Shown in pieces: positions 1-8,102 of a stretch of DNA of 36,282 nucleotides. Position 1 is the first letter of the stretch; the number at the start of each line of letters is the position of its first letter. A program made the position numbers and the translations under genes. A model generated the notes under the pieces. That model had not been told where the DNA came from. It saw only the letters and a program-made list of their open reading frames with translations, and did not search any database. The DNA comes from a virus. Where the stretch lies: the IMG/VR virus record IMGVR_UViG_3300045988_138021, positions 1 through 36,282 of that record. One strand, written 5' to 3'.

Positions 1-54
1 CCCGTAATCACGGGTGAGCTGGTACCCGTAATCACGGGTGAGCTGGTACCCGTA
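1..54. repeat. Left copy of the 54-nt end overlap
   Basis: cccgtaatcacgggtgagctggta x2 plus cccgta is identical to 36229-36282. Confidence 0.95.
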
Positions 55-96
55 ACCGGCTCCGAGGTAGAACCCGTAACCCCGAAAAATGAAAAC
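1..96 (+). repeat. 24-nt in-frame tandem repeat (two perfect, two degenerate units)
   Basis: Units 1-24 and 25-48 are identical. Units 49-72 and 73-96 keep the cccgtaac start. They encode PVITGELV, PVITGELV, PVTGSEVE, PVTPKNEN. Confidence 0.9.
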
Positions 97-579
97 CTCA
101 TTGATTTTCAGAAGACGCTCTATGATGAGTGGCTAGCAGACTGGTTCAAGGCTGGCAAACTACCGACCCATAGCTACGATTACGAAAAGGGGTTTCATTT
201 CGTGGAAGTTCGCAACCCTGAACGGGTAAATTTCCCGACTGAAAACATGTACGGCGCACTATCCCGTAGCTTCGTGCTCAGTGAGGAATGGGACATCAAT
301 GAGCACGCTCACCGCTTCGTAGGCGGTCATAACCACCTCTTCGGCTGGGACAGGCACGGCACCCCCGTTCACTACAGGCTCTGGGTGCCAGTCTACGACA
401 ACACCATCGACAAGGTGATTATCGAGCACAACCGCCCGGCTAACATCGCGAACCGTCTGGCCGAATGGCTGGACAATGAGCGCGAAAAAGATATTAAGTG
501 GCAGATGGAGATGAACGCTCACGCCGCTAAATCTGAGTACACTAAGGCGCGCATCGAGGAAGCCATGAGGAACCTGTGA
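1..579 (+). CDS. 3' part of a junction-spanning hypothetical protein (5' part at 36175-36282), about 210 aa when joined
   Basis: Frame 1 is open from nt 1 to the TGA at 577-579 and is the frame of ORF-track 202-579. It joins in frame to ATG 36175 after removing one 54-nt overlap copy. An internal GTG 202 start (AAGGGG 9 nt upstream) cannot be excluded. Confidence 0.6.
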   Translation, partial: PVITGELVPVITGELVPVTGSEVEPVTPKNENLIDFQKTLYDEWLADWFKAGKLPTHSYDYEKGFHFVEVRNPERVNFPTENMYGALSRSFVLSEEWDINEHAHRFVGGHNHLFGWDRHGTPVHYRLWVPVYDNTIDKVIIEHNRPANIANRLAEWLDNEREKDIKWQMEMNAHAAKSEYTKARIEEAMRNL

Positions 580-767
580 CTAAACGCCGTGACCGCAACC
601 GTGCCGCGCGCCGCCGTAAACCCAAACGCTACATAATCCGCTGGACAGACGAAACACTAGAAGACCTACTAGCCGAACCCGCCGCGCGAATCCTACAAAC
701 CACCACCAAAGGAGAACCCCCATGCTGGAACACTACGAACGCGAAGTCTTCCACCATATCCCCATGA
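576..767 (+). CDS. Small basic protein (63 aa), uncertain
   Basis: GTG start overlaps the preceding stop (GTGA). Arg/Lys-rich N-terminus RRDRNRAARRRKPKR. A 46-nt overlap with the better-supported 722-1165 lowers confidence. Confidence 0.35.
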   Translation: MTKRRDRNRAARRRKPKRYIIRWTDETLEDLLAEPAARILQTTTKGEPPCWNTTNAKSSTISP

Positions 768-1165
768 CAAGCGCATACGGCAAATACAGCGATAAACACG
801 GCTTTCCCCGCCGTGAAATCGTCTACCCCGCGCTACCCGACCAAATCCTACGCGCCGCTTTCATGCTCACCTGGCAGGCCGGGGGAACCTGGCAACGAAA
901 CGCAACCATTCGCGATGCGCGCCGCGCTATCGACGTAATAGGCGCAGTCTACCCGGCCATGCGCATTAAGAAACCGACCGCACATCAAGCCGAAAAATTG
1001 CAGTATCTTCTAATGCTTGTCGAGCAAATCAACGAAGAACACGGTTTCAAGAGTAAGCACCAATACGGCGCGTTGAAAGCGCTACTAAGCGCACAGCACA
1101 CCGGCGACATTGCACACCTGGGCGTTGCAGGCATGAACCTGTACGGCTGGGCAGGCGAGGCATAA
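722..1165 (+). CDS. Hypothetical protein (147 aa)
   Basis: ATG preceded by AAAGGAG; long ORF in the co-directional gene array; no motif recognised. Confidence 0.75.
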   Translation: MLEHYEREVFHHIPMTSAYGKYSDKHGFPRREIVYPALPDQILRAAFMLTWQAGGTWQRNATIRDARRAIDVIGAVYPAMRIKKPTAHQAEKLQYLLMLVEQINEEHGFKSKHQYGALKALLSAQHTGDIAHLGVAGMNLYGWAGEA

Positions 1166-1190
1166 CCACCACTGAAAGGAATGCAGCATT

Positions 1191-1286
1191 ATGCTAGGCA
1201 CCATTTGCGAACAGTGCGGTGAACCGACTGAGGATTACACCCCCGAATGTTTCGACTGCATGACGCGGAACGACTGGAAACCCTAA
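1191..1286 (+). CDS. 31-aa zinc-ribbon mini-protein (CxxCG-N9-CxxC), below the ORF-track cut-off
   Basis: Hand translation MLGTICEQCGEPTEDYTPECFDCMTRNDWKP*. GAAAGGA lies 10 nt upstream. Cys positions 6, 9, 20 and 23 match those of the 1830-2030 product. Confidence 0.4.
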   Translation: MLGTICEQCGEPTEDYTPECFDCMTRNDWKP

Positions 1287-1303
1287 CGGAAAGGAACAAC
1301 ACC

Positions 1304-1837
1304 ATGAGCAAGAAGACGCGACACAAGCTATTCGAGATCCGCAAATACCGCGCTGTGTGGGCCATCAAATCCCCGTTCACCGGGCAGATTATCCCCGCCG
1401 GTAACATCGGCAACGTAACATACCTTGTCGAATACCGAGGCATCAGGAAGTACCACGGGCAGTATGACGCATATGTTTACCTTGAAGGCGTACTAGACCC
1501 CGAACCCGAACCGCCCCTAGCAGGCGGCGAACCCCTCAAACTCCTGTATGAAGACGAGGAAATGCCGAACCCCGACCTCTCCGCATACTGGGTTGTGACC
1601 ACTGAGGAAGACGAATACAGCGAAGATGGATACGTAGAAACCACCTCACGCGAATACCCCGCTAAGACCCACAATTTCAAGCTTGACACCGCTACCCCTA
1701 CCATCGTAGAAGCCGCGTACCTGGCAGCTCTCGAAGCTCTCCCCGAGGGCGAACGACAGAAACAAGGCACTATGCACCTTGTGGTACTCCCCACGGAACA
1801 GCTCAACGAACAGCTAAACGGTAGCACCAATGACTAG
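1304..1837 (+). CDS. Hypothetical protein (177 aa), acidic C-terminal half
   Basis: In-frame ATG 1304 preceded by GGAAAGGAA; the upstream part of ORF-track 1247-1837 has no RBS. Confidence 0.75.
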   Translation: MSKKTRHKLFEIRKYRAVWAIKSPFTGQIIPAGNIGNVTYLVEYRGIRKYHGQYDAYVYLEGVLDPEPEPPLAGGEPLKLLYEDEEMPNPDLSAYWVVTTEEDEYSEDGYVETTSREYPAKTHNFKLDTATPTIVEAAYLAALEALPEGERQKQGTMHLVVLPTEQLNEQLNGSTND

Positions 1838-2030
1838 CGCGGTGTGCGCTCGCTGTGGGTGCCCGGCCTCCGAGTACACGGCATCATGTAGGGCGTGCTA
1901 CAGCCGCCGCCGATACCGCATCAAGAACCCGCGCCCCGGCGGGTACCGTGAACCCGTCTACAGCGGGGCAACCGCCGGGCAAACACCCGGGCTAAACTCA
2001 CTAATCCCACCACGAAAGGAACGCAAATAA
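1830..2030 (+). CDS. 66-aa Cys-rich basic zinc-ribbon protein
   Basis: ATGA start/stop overlap with the upstream gene. MTSAVCARCGCPASEYTASCRACY has Cys at 6, 9, 20 and 23, as in the 1191-1286 peptide. Confidence 0.6.
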   Translation: MTSAVCARCGCPASEYTASCRACYSRRRYRIKNPRPGGYREPVYSGATAGQTPGLNSLIPPRKERK

Positions 2031-2107
2031 TGGACTTGCTAGATATCCTAGGCATCATCTGGTTTATCTATATGATTTGGAGCATGAACAAATAGGAAAG
2101 GCACCAC

Positions 2108-2323
2108 ATGACCGAATACACCCGCGCCAAACTCTATGAGCAGCTAGACGCACTCCGAACCACCCTAGAAGAAGCCGTAGACGCAGGCGACGTTTACGAG
2201 CAACCCGCCCGCGCGCTCTGCTCCCACCTATGGGAAATTGAGGAACACGCACGATTGAAAGAGCGCCTAACCGCCGCTCACCACAAGCCGCAACCCCGCA
2301 ACTACTGGAAAGGAACCCGATAA
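2108..2323 (+). CDS. Hypothetical protein (71 aa)
   Basis: ATG preceded by AGGAAAGG; TAATG overlap with the next gene indicates translational coupling. Confidence 0.7.
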   Translation: MTEYTRAKLYEQLDALRTTLEEAVDAGDVYEQPARALCSHLWEIEEHARLKERLTAAHHKPQPRNYWKGTR

Positions 2324-3015
2324 TGACCAACAAGGCCCCTAAGATTTTCCACGAAATCACCCCCGGCGAATACCTGGATATTAACACCGCTTTCGACCGA
2401 CACCCCGCCTTGCACGGAATCCAGCTAGAAACCGACACCGAAAGCACCCGGGTAAGCTCCGCAAAGACCGGGGGAAACGAAAACCATTCACACCGTTGTA
2501 GGCTATGGTCTCTGGATGAGTCCCGCAATGTTAGCGCACTCATCAAGATTCTCAACGCCGCCCCGGCAAACGGCGACCCGCTACAGGCAATCGTGAGCCT
2601 TGACCTGGACACCACCGCAAACGAAGCGGAACGTGAAGCGCTTGTAGACTACCTGAGCGGCAACGGGTATGATGCGACGCTGGAAAACGTGGCCGCCGGG
2701 TACATCTACGATCTATCAAGCGACAAGCCGCCACTACTCGACGTAGTAACCGGCGAACGACGAGAATACGCCGTAACTAGGGTTTGGTCAAAGTCTGATA
2801 GCCCCTCCCACGTCTACCCCGGCGGCAACCGTAAGCCCGCATATCTCAACCTGAAAACCCCGGAAGAAACCGTAACCATCACCTCAGAAAATGACGTAAT
2901 CAACATCGAAGATCTGGAAGGCGTGATTATCGGTAACGGCAAGTGGCGCATCATGCACGCGCTGGAACCCGGCGGCAAAGCCCCGCTAGGCGGCTTCATT
3001 CTCGAACGCATCTAA
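2323..3015 (+). CDS. Hypothetical protein (230 aa), paralogue of 3030-3641
   Basis: GAAAGGAA RBS. Shares the ILNAAPxxGDxL core, the TLxNVA block and the LGGxxxER C-terminus with the adjacent gene. Confidence 0.85.
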   Translation: MTNKAPKIFHEITPGEYLDINTAFDRHPALHGIQLETDTESTRVSSAKTGGNENHSHRCRLWSLDESRNVSALIKILNAAPANGDPLQAIVSLDLDTTANEAEREALVDYLSGNGYDATLENVAAGYIYDLSSDKPPLLDVVTGERREYAVTRVWSKSDSPSHVYPGGNRKPAYLNLKTPEETVTITSENDVINIEDLEGVIIGNGKWRIMHALEPGGKAPLGGFILERI

Positions 3016-3029
3016 GAAGGAGATGACTA

Positions 3030-3641
3030 ATGACCGACACCACGCTACAGCTAACCGAGGCTTTCAACCGACACAACAGCCTATACAACGCATTGCTGGG
3101 AAACCTCAAGACCCTAACCACCGCACACACTGAGGAAGTGGCCATCACCCTAGACGCGGGGAAAGTACGAGCGCTAACCCGAATCCTAAACGCTGCACCA
3201 CTCGACGGCGACGCACTGAACGCCCGCGTGAACGTCGTGACCGATACCGACGCATGGGAAACCGACGTATCGAGGATTAACCGGTATCTGGAAGATAACG
3301 ACCTGGAGCCAACTCTACACAATGTCGCTCTTGCGTTCCTCAGTGCGGAATGTGATTGTTCAGATCTGGATATCAAGCTACAGGGAAAGGAATACCGCGC
3401 AACACGTATTCATTGTGTCGAGCAGTACACCGGCGACGGCGGCGGCACCGGCGGCGGGTATACGAAGATTATTACTACCGCGCCCGGCTGGGATGAATAC
3501 CCTAACTTTGACTTCTATGGAACCAACCCGGAAGAGGTAGAAGGCGTAGAACATAAGGCCGCGAACGCCCGCGCGATTAGCTACTATTTCCCTAATGAAG
3601 TATCAGCCCTAGGCGGTATCCTCATGGAACGCACCGCCTAA
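3030..3641 (+). CDS. Hypothetical protein (203 aa), paralogue of 2323-3015
   Basis: GAAGGAG lies 7 nt upstream. Colinear similarity to the 2323-3015 product. Gly-rich insert GDGGGTGGG. Confidence 0.85.
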   Translation: MTDTTLQLTEAFNRHNSLYNALLGNLKTLTTAHTEEVAITLDAGKVRALTRILNAAPLDGDALNARVNVVTDTDAWETDVSRINRYLEDNDLEPTLHNVALAFLSAECDCSDLDIKLQGKEYRATRIHCVEQYTGDGGGTGGGYTKIITTAPGWDEYPNFDFYGTNPEEVEGVEHKAANARAISYYFPNEVSALGGILMERTA

Positions 3642-3657
3642 CCACCCCAACCACCAC

Positions 3658-3689
3658 GCGGGGCGACGGAAACACCACCGCCGCCCCGC
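3658..3689 (+). terminator. GC-rich hairpin after 3030-3641 (putative attenuator/terminator, no U-tract)
   Basis: GCGGGGCG(a)CGG, an 8-nt loop, then CCG(c)CGCCCCGC. Confidence 0.4.
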
Positions 3690-3714
3690 CTAACCCGAAA
3701 GAAGAAGCCACTAC

Positions 3715-3996
3715 ATGCTTACCGTGACCGACCTACGCGAACGGCTAAACGCAGCAATGCGCCGCGCCGAACACGCCGGGAAAACCGACCCGGCCAAAGA
3801 GCTACACAAGGTGTTCATCTCAGCTTTCCCCGCCGCCCCCGGCACCCTCAACGTCACCACCAAAACCGACACCCTAACCAAGAACGACGGAACACCCGAG
3901 GTCATAACCTACGTAAACCTCACCCTAAACACCAGCACGGCAGGAGCCTACTACATAGCAGAAACCATTAGCCAGTTATCCGAGGAAAACGGATAG
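3715..3996 (+). CDS. Hypothetical protein (93 aa)
   Basis: ATG preceded by CGAAAGAAGAAG; no motif recognised. Confidence 0.65.
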   Translation: MLTVTDLRERLNAAMRRAEHAGKTDPAKELHKVFISAFPAAPGTLNVTTKTDTLTKNDGTPEVITYVNLTLNTSTAGAYYIAETISQLSEENG

Positions 3997-4089
3997 CATA
4001 CGGTACAATAGACACGTAACATTCACAGAATGATTACGGCGTTGTTTCGAGTGGATCCTAGAACCACGAAACCCACACAGGATATTCCA

Positions 4090-4126
4090 TAGCCCCGGCG
4101 ACCGAACAAAGTAGGAGCCGGGGCTA
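4090..4126 (+). terminator. 10-bp perfect hairpin upstream of the HNH gene (end of the early unit?)
   Basis: TAGCCCCGGC, a 17-nt loop, then GCCGGGGCTA; no U-tract. Confidence 0.4.
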
Positions 4127-4149
4127 ACCCTTACCCAAGAAGTGAGGCC

Positions 4150-4458
4150 ATGACCAACAAGCGAGATTCACGGTACCGCGCGGCGCAACAAAAGTTCAGA
4201 GCACACGCCGCCGCCGCTAACCTCCCATGCAACATATGCGGACACCCCATAGATTACACACTCCCCCACAACGACGAATGGGGATCTGTAAACATGGACG
4301 CGTTCGAGCTAGACCATTTGTACGCAGTCGCAACCCACAAAGAACTGGAACTAGACCCCGCCAATTTCCGCGCCACACATGCAGGATGCAACCGCGCCAA
4401 AGGCAACAACCGGCAAACCGCTAAAGCAAATCCCAACACCCGCGCCTGGGTACGGTAA
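4150..4458 (+). CDS. HNH endonuclease (packaging-associated)
   Basis: CNICGHP...ELDHLYAV...NFRATHAGCNRAKGN matches the Cys-pair/His-Asn-His layout. It sits directly upstream of the terminase genes, as in HK97-like cos phages. Confidence 0.88.
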   Translation: MTNKRDSRYRAAQQKFRAHAAAANLPCNICGHPIDYTLPHNDEWGSVNMDAFELDHLYAVATHKELELDPANFRATHAGCNRAKGNNRQTAKANPNTRAWVR

Positions 4459-4628
4459 ACTAGAAACCGAACAAGAACACCCCAATAGAACACACATACC
4501 AAAAGGGGTAGGGGCGGTAAAAAAATAGAACACACCTTCGACACCCAAACCTGGGCGCAGTGTCAATCCCCCCCCGCTGGAATTTACCGGGCATCGCGCG
4601 CGCGATTATAGCATTTAGAGGTCTTTTG
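4459..4628. other. Candidate cos/terminase-recognition region
   Basis: 170-nt non-coding gap between HNH and TerS. ATAGAACACAC at 4485-4495 and 4525-4535, a C8 run at 4568-4575, and the perfect 14-nt palindrome ATCGCGCGCGCGAT at 4593-4606. Confidence 0.4.
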
Positions 4629-5006
4629 ATGAATATTTGGCGTATCGGTATGGTGAAGACCGTGCAGGAGTCGATTACCGCCGCCGTGAATGACGGCATG
4701 ATTAAAAATGCGGATAGTGCTAAATGTGCGCTTGCTTTGAAGTATGCGGCCGCACTGGATGAAGCCTACGATTTGTACAATAGCGACGGTGGCGACTTTG
4801 ACCTATTGCTAAAGACTCTGAATATTGCAGGCCCGAACCTGAACAAGGCGCTGGACTCCCTGGGGTGCGCCCCGTATTCGCGTAAGGACATGCAGGCGCA
4901 GGCGACCGAGACCGGCCGACTAGATGACCTAATCGAGCAGCGCGGCAAGGAAGACCCCGCGCTAGTCGCGCGTATCATGGCAGAGATTGACGGTGAAGAT
5001 GAGTAG
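4629..5006 (+). CDS. terS: Terminase small subunit (positional call)
   Basis: 125-aa ORF from ATG 4629 (AGAGG 9 nt upstream), overlapping the TerL start by 8 nt. No diagnostic motif, so the call rests on position. Confidence 0.6.
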   Translation: MNIWRIGMVKTVQESITAAVNDGMIKNADSAKCALALKYAAALDEAYDLYNSDGGDFDLLLKTLNIAGPNLNKALDSLGCAPYSRKDMQAQATETGRLDDLIEQRGKEDPALVARIMAEIDGEDE

Positions 5007-6588
5007 TAACTATTCCAAGCTCAAGGGCAAGGCGGTGCCGCGCCTGTGGACGCGCCCGCTCCGTGAGCTAACCCCGCTAACCACGTTTGGGTTTGAAGCT
5101 ATTCAGTTCGCAGAGCGTGACCTAGGTTTGCAGTTGCACCCGTGGCAGAAATGGTTTTTGTTGCACTCTTTGGAGCTGGAGCCGGGCTATGAGACGGGCG
5201 ACCCGCTCCCCATGTTGCGCTATAAAACCGTGGTGCTTCTTGTGTCTCGACAGAATGGCAAATCATTTGTACTTTCCGCGCGCCTGTTGTGGCGTATGTT
5301 CATGTGGGATAAAGGCGTAAAGCCGCCGCTAATTCTGAGCACGGCGCATAAGCTATCACTAGCGGAAGAGATTCTAGATGATGCGCACCGTACCGTATCC
5401 CTCTCTGAGATGCATGACCGCATAGCGCAAAGGTCTAACACGAACGGCAATAAGTTTTTTCGCCTGGATAACGGCGCGCGCTGGAAGTGCGAGGCGGCAT
5501 CAGATGACGGCGGGCGCGGCCTGTCGGTTACTGATCTAGCGTTTGATGAGTTGCGCCAACAAAAGGAGTGGAGCGCATGGGCAGCTATGACCAATACGAT
5601 TAACGCCGTGCAGTCTAGCCAGACTATCGCCGTGTCTAATGCAGGCGAGGCTAAATCTGAGGTCTTGCGCTCGCTCCGTGCTAAAGCTCTTGAGGAGATG
5701 GACGCGCGGGCGGCGGCAGAGAAACGCGGTGAAGAGTACGCCCCGGTTGATGCCTCGCTGGGTTTGTTCGAGTGGAGCGCGCCGGACGATTGCGACATCT
5801 GGGACACAGACGGATGGTGCCAGGCTAACCCGTCTTTGGGTTATCCTAACTCGATTACCGGCGACATGCTCGCATCGAAGGCGGCGCTAGTCGGTGAACC
5901 CGGCGCTGGTCTACCGGAACACAAATTTAGGACTGAGAATCTTTGCCAGTGGGTGAACGTCACGGCGGACTCGCTATTCAGCTCCGAGGAACTGGAAGCG
6001 TGCCTAGACCCTGAATCTATGATCGCACCGGATAGCCCGGTGTATCTTTCGGTGGACGTTTCGCGCGATAGGAAGATGACTAGCCTATCTATCGCTGGTT
6101 TCCGTGATGATGGTAAACCGCATGTTGAGTTTGTGACTCAACGCGCGTTCACTGAGTGGGTGCCTGAATTTTTGGCTAATGGGCTTGCGTTCAAGCCCGC
6201 CGCCGTGATTATGCAGGGGCGCGGCTGTGCTGCATCGTCGCTAATCCCGTTCATTGAACAGGCTGGTACGCCGGTTGTTCGGTGCGAGGGCGGCGACCTC
6301 CCCAATGCCTACGGCTTGTTCTATGACCGGGTGATGGAGAAGTCGGTTAGCTGGATTGAGCAGGAAACGCTCATAGGTGCGCTCTCTGAGATTCGCACCA
6401 AATCGACAGGCGACGCATTTCTATTCAACCGCGAGAAGTCGCCGGTTGATATTGCCCCGGCGTGTGCCGCCGCATTCGCCCTATGGGGTTTGCTGAACAC
6501 GGTTGCAGGGGCGAAAAAAGAAAGTGCGTATAATGAAGCTGGAATGTGGTATAAGCAAGAAGAAGATGAAGGGGGTAAATGGTGGTAG
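4999..6588 (+). CDS. terL: Terminase large subunit
   Basis: LHPWQKWFLLHSLE N-terminal signature, Walker A-like VSRQNGKS, Walker B-like VTDLAFDEL, size about 530 aa. ATG 4999 preferred over TTG 4987. Confidence 0.93.
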   Translation: MSSNYSKLKGKAVPRLWTRPLRELTPLTTFGFEAIQFAERDLGLQLHPWQKWFLLHSLELEPGYETGDPLPMLRYKTVVLLVSRQNGKSFVLSARLLWRMFMWDKGVKPPLILSTAHKLSLAEEILDDAHRTVSLSEMHDRIAQRSNTNGNKFFRLDNGARWKCEAASDDGGRGLSVTDLAFDELRQQKEWSAWAAMTNTINAVQSSQTIAVSNAGEAKSEVLRSLRAKALEEMDARAAAEKRGEEYAPVDASLGLFEWSAPDDCDIWDTDGWCQANPSLGYPNSITGDMLASKAALVGEPGAGLPEHKFRTENLCQWVNVTADSLFSSEELEACLDPESMIAPDSPVYLSVDVSRDRKMTSLSIAGFRDDGKPHVEFVTQRAFTEWVPEFLANGLAFKPAAVIMQGRGCAASSLIPFIEQAGTPVVRCEGGDLPNAYGLFYDRVMEKSVSWIEQETLIGALSEIRTKSTGDAFLFNREKSPVDIAPACAAAFALWGLLNTVAGAKKESAYNEAGMWYKQEEDEGGKWW

Positions 6589-8102
6589 CGCCTGGTATTA
6601 GTAATATCGGTCATATTATCGTTGATGCTTTCCGCTCGCGTACCCCGCGTACGGCGGCGGCCTGGGACGGGCGACCGGTTGATATTTTCGTGAACGGCGG
6701 CGGCGGCTCTGATAATGTGTCGCCGCAAAACGCGAGTTATGAATCAATGTACCGGTATCAACCCCATTTGCGAACCGCTATCGACTTCCTAGCTTCCAAT
6801 ATTGCGCAGCTGTCGATTCACAGTTTTAAGCGCGGCGGTGATGGTTCGCGCTCGCGTGAAACCGAGTCGCTGGCACATGCCCGCTTGTCGGTGAACCCGA
6901 ACCGGTATATGACCGGGTACGAACTGATCTATAGCCTGGTTGCTGATATGGCGCTGTACAATCGGGCGTATTGGTTTTTTGCACCGGGTGAAGACGGACG
7001 AATCGAGATTCACCCGTTCCCGGCGGGCTGGGTTTCCCCGGTTTTTGCGGACTTCTCGACGGTTGATTACTATTCGGTGAAGGTTCCCGGCGGCTCCGAG
7101 GAGCTGAAAATCTCCCCTGAAAATTGTGTCGCGTTCAATGGCTGGAGTCCCGGGCTAACGTCCCCGTCGTCCCCGGTTGATTCTTTGCGCCTGGTTCTGG
7201 AAGAGAATTATCATTCACGCCGCTACCGTGTGCAGTTCTGGCGTAATCATGGGCGCGTTGGTACCTACCTTTCCCGTCCGGTGAACGCGCCGGACTGGGA
7301 TAACACAGCGCGCCGCCGCTTCTATTCCATGTGGGAAGACTTTACGTCGGATACGGGCGCGCGTGCCGGTTCTACCCCGCTTCTTGAAGACGGCATCGAG
7401 ATTAAGAGCAATTCCTTTAAGAGCGCAGATGAGGAATGGGCAGATTCGGTTCGCCTGGGTTTGCAGACGGTGGCACAGGTCTATCAGATTCCCCCGGGCA
7501 TGATTGGCGCAGACTCAACCGAGACATACGGCAGCTTGAAAGAGCGTAACCGGATGCTGTTCAAGAACACGCTAGGGGCGCGAATCCGGTTTATCGAAGA
7601 CCGCATCAATGCTTTTGTGCTCCCTATCCTGGGAATTGATAACACAGAATTTTTCGTAGAGTTCAATACTGAGGGTATGCTACGCGGCGACTTTGAGACG
7701 CAGGCCGCTATCATGTCCACGGCGACCGGCGGCGCGTGGATGACTCGCAATGAGTCACGTGCGCTTATGAATTTGCCTCCGCTGGATATGCCGGGTGCTG
7801 ACGAGCTGATTACCCCGCTAAACGTTGTGGTGGGTGGGCAGACCTCACCACAAGACGGCGGCACCGCGTTTCAGGGCGGCGGCAAAAACCGAACGGTCAT
7901 TCTAAAATTCTTGGAGCGGTGCGACCGCATCAAGACCGCGCGCGGGATTGATGATATGCCCTGGGGTAGGCTCACCCGTGAGCTTACGGATGACCTGGAC
8001 GGGAACGCAGAATTTGCTGAGGGCATTACCGACGCGCTCGCTAAGATGCAGGGCGGCGCGTTCGTGGACATGATTACTGAGTTTGAAGGAGAAAACGAAT
8101 GA
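6579..8102 (+). CDS. Portal protein
   Basis: 507-aa ORF directly after TerL and before the prohead protease; start overlaps the TerL end. The call rests on size and position. Confidence 0.85.
   Translation: MVVAPGISNIGHIIVDAFRSRTPRTAAAWDGRPVDIFVNGGGGSDNVSPQNASYESMYRYQPHLRTAIDFLASNIAQLSIHSFKRGGDGSRSRETESLAHARLSVNPNRYMTGYELIYSLVADMALYNRAYWFFAPGEDGRIEIHPFPAGWVSPVFADFSTVDYYSVKVPGGSEELKISPENCVAFNGWSPGLTSPSSPVDSLRLVLEENYHSRRYRVQFWRNHGRVGTYLSRPVNAPDWDNTARRRFYSMWEDFTSDTGARAGSTPLLEDGIEIKSNSFKSADEEWADSVRLGLQTVAQVYQIPPGMIGADSTETYGSLKERNRMLFKNTLGARIRFIEDRINAFVLPILGIDNTEFFVEFNTEGMLRGDFETQAAIMSTATGGAWMTRNESRALMNLPPLDMPGADELITPLNVVVGGQTSPQDGGTAFQGGGKNRTVILKFLERCDRIKTARGIDDMPWGRLTRELTDDLDGNAEFAEGITDALAKMQGGAFVDMITEFEGENE

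Noticed and set aside
1-54. True direct terminal repeat (DTR packaging)
   Set aside because: The repeat lies inside an ORF that stays in frame across the junction and is part of a coding tandem repeat. HNH plus terminase synteny points to cos ends near 4459-4628 instead. Read data are still needed.
1830-2030. WhiB-like transcription factor call for the Cys-rich small proteins
   Set aside because: The Cys spacing (CxxC-N10-CxxC) does not match the WhiB C-Xn-C-X2-C-X5-C pattern, and the G(V/I)WGG turn is absent. A zinc ribbon is the more conservative description.
2030-2095. 21-aa hydrophobic mini-ORF MDLLDILGIIWFIYMIWSMNK with GAAAGGA 9 nt upstream
   Set aside because: Too short to support from sequence alone. 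It fills the 2031-2107 gap neatly, so it is worth a look in Ribo-seq data, but it is not reported as a feature.
3997-4149. tRNA or small RNA in the 150-nt gap before the HNH gene
   Set aside because: No GTTCRANYC T-loop or cloverleaf could be built. There are only two hairpins (a weak one at 4044-4072 and a strong one at 4090-4126), annotated as possible terminators.
4560-4628. GTG 4560 start for TerS (ORF-track 4560-5006)
   Set aside because: The extension reads through the C8 run and the ATCGCGCGCGCGAT palindrome and has no RBS. ATG 4629 has AGAGG 9 nt upstream.
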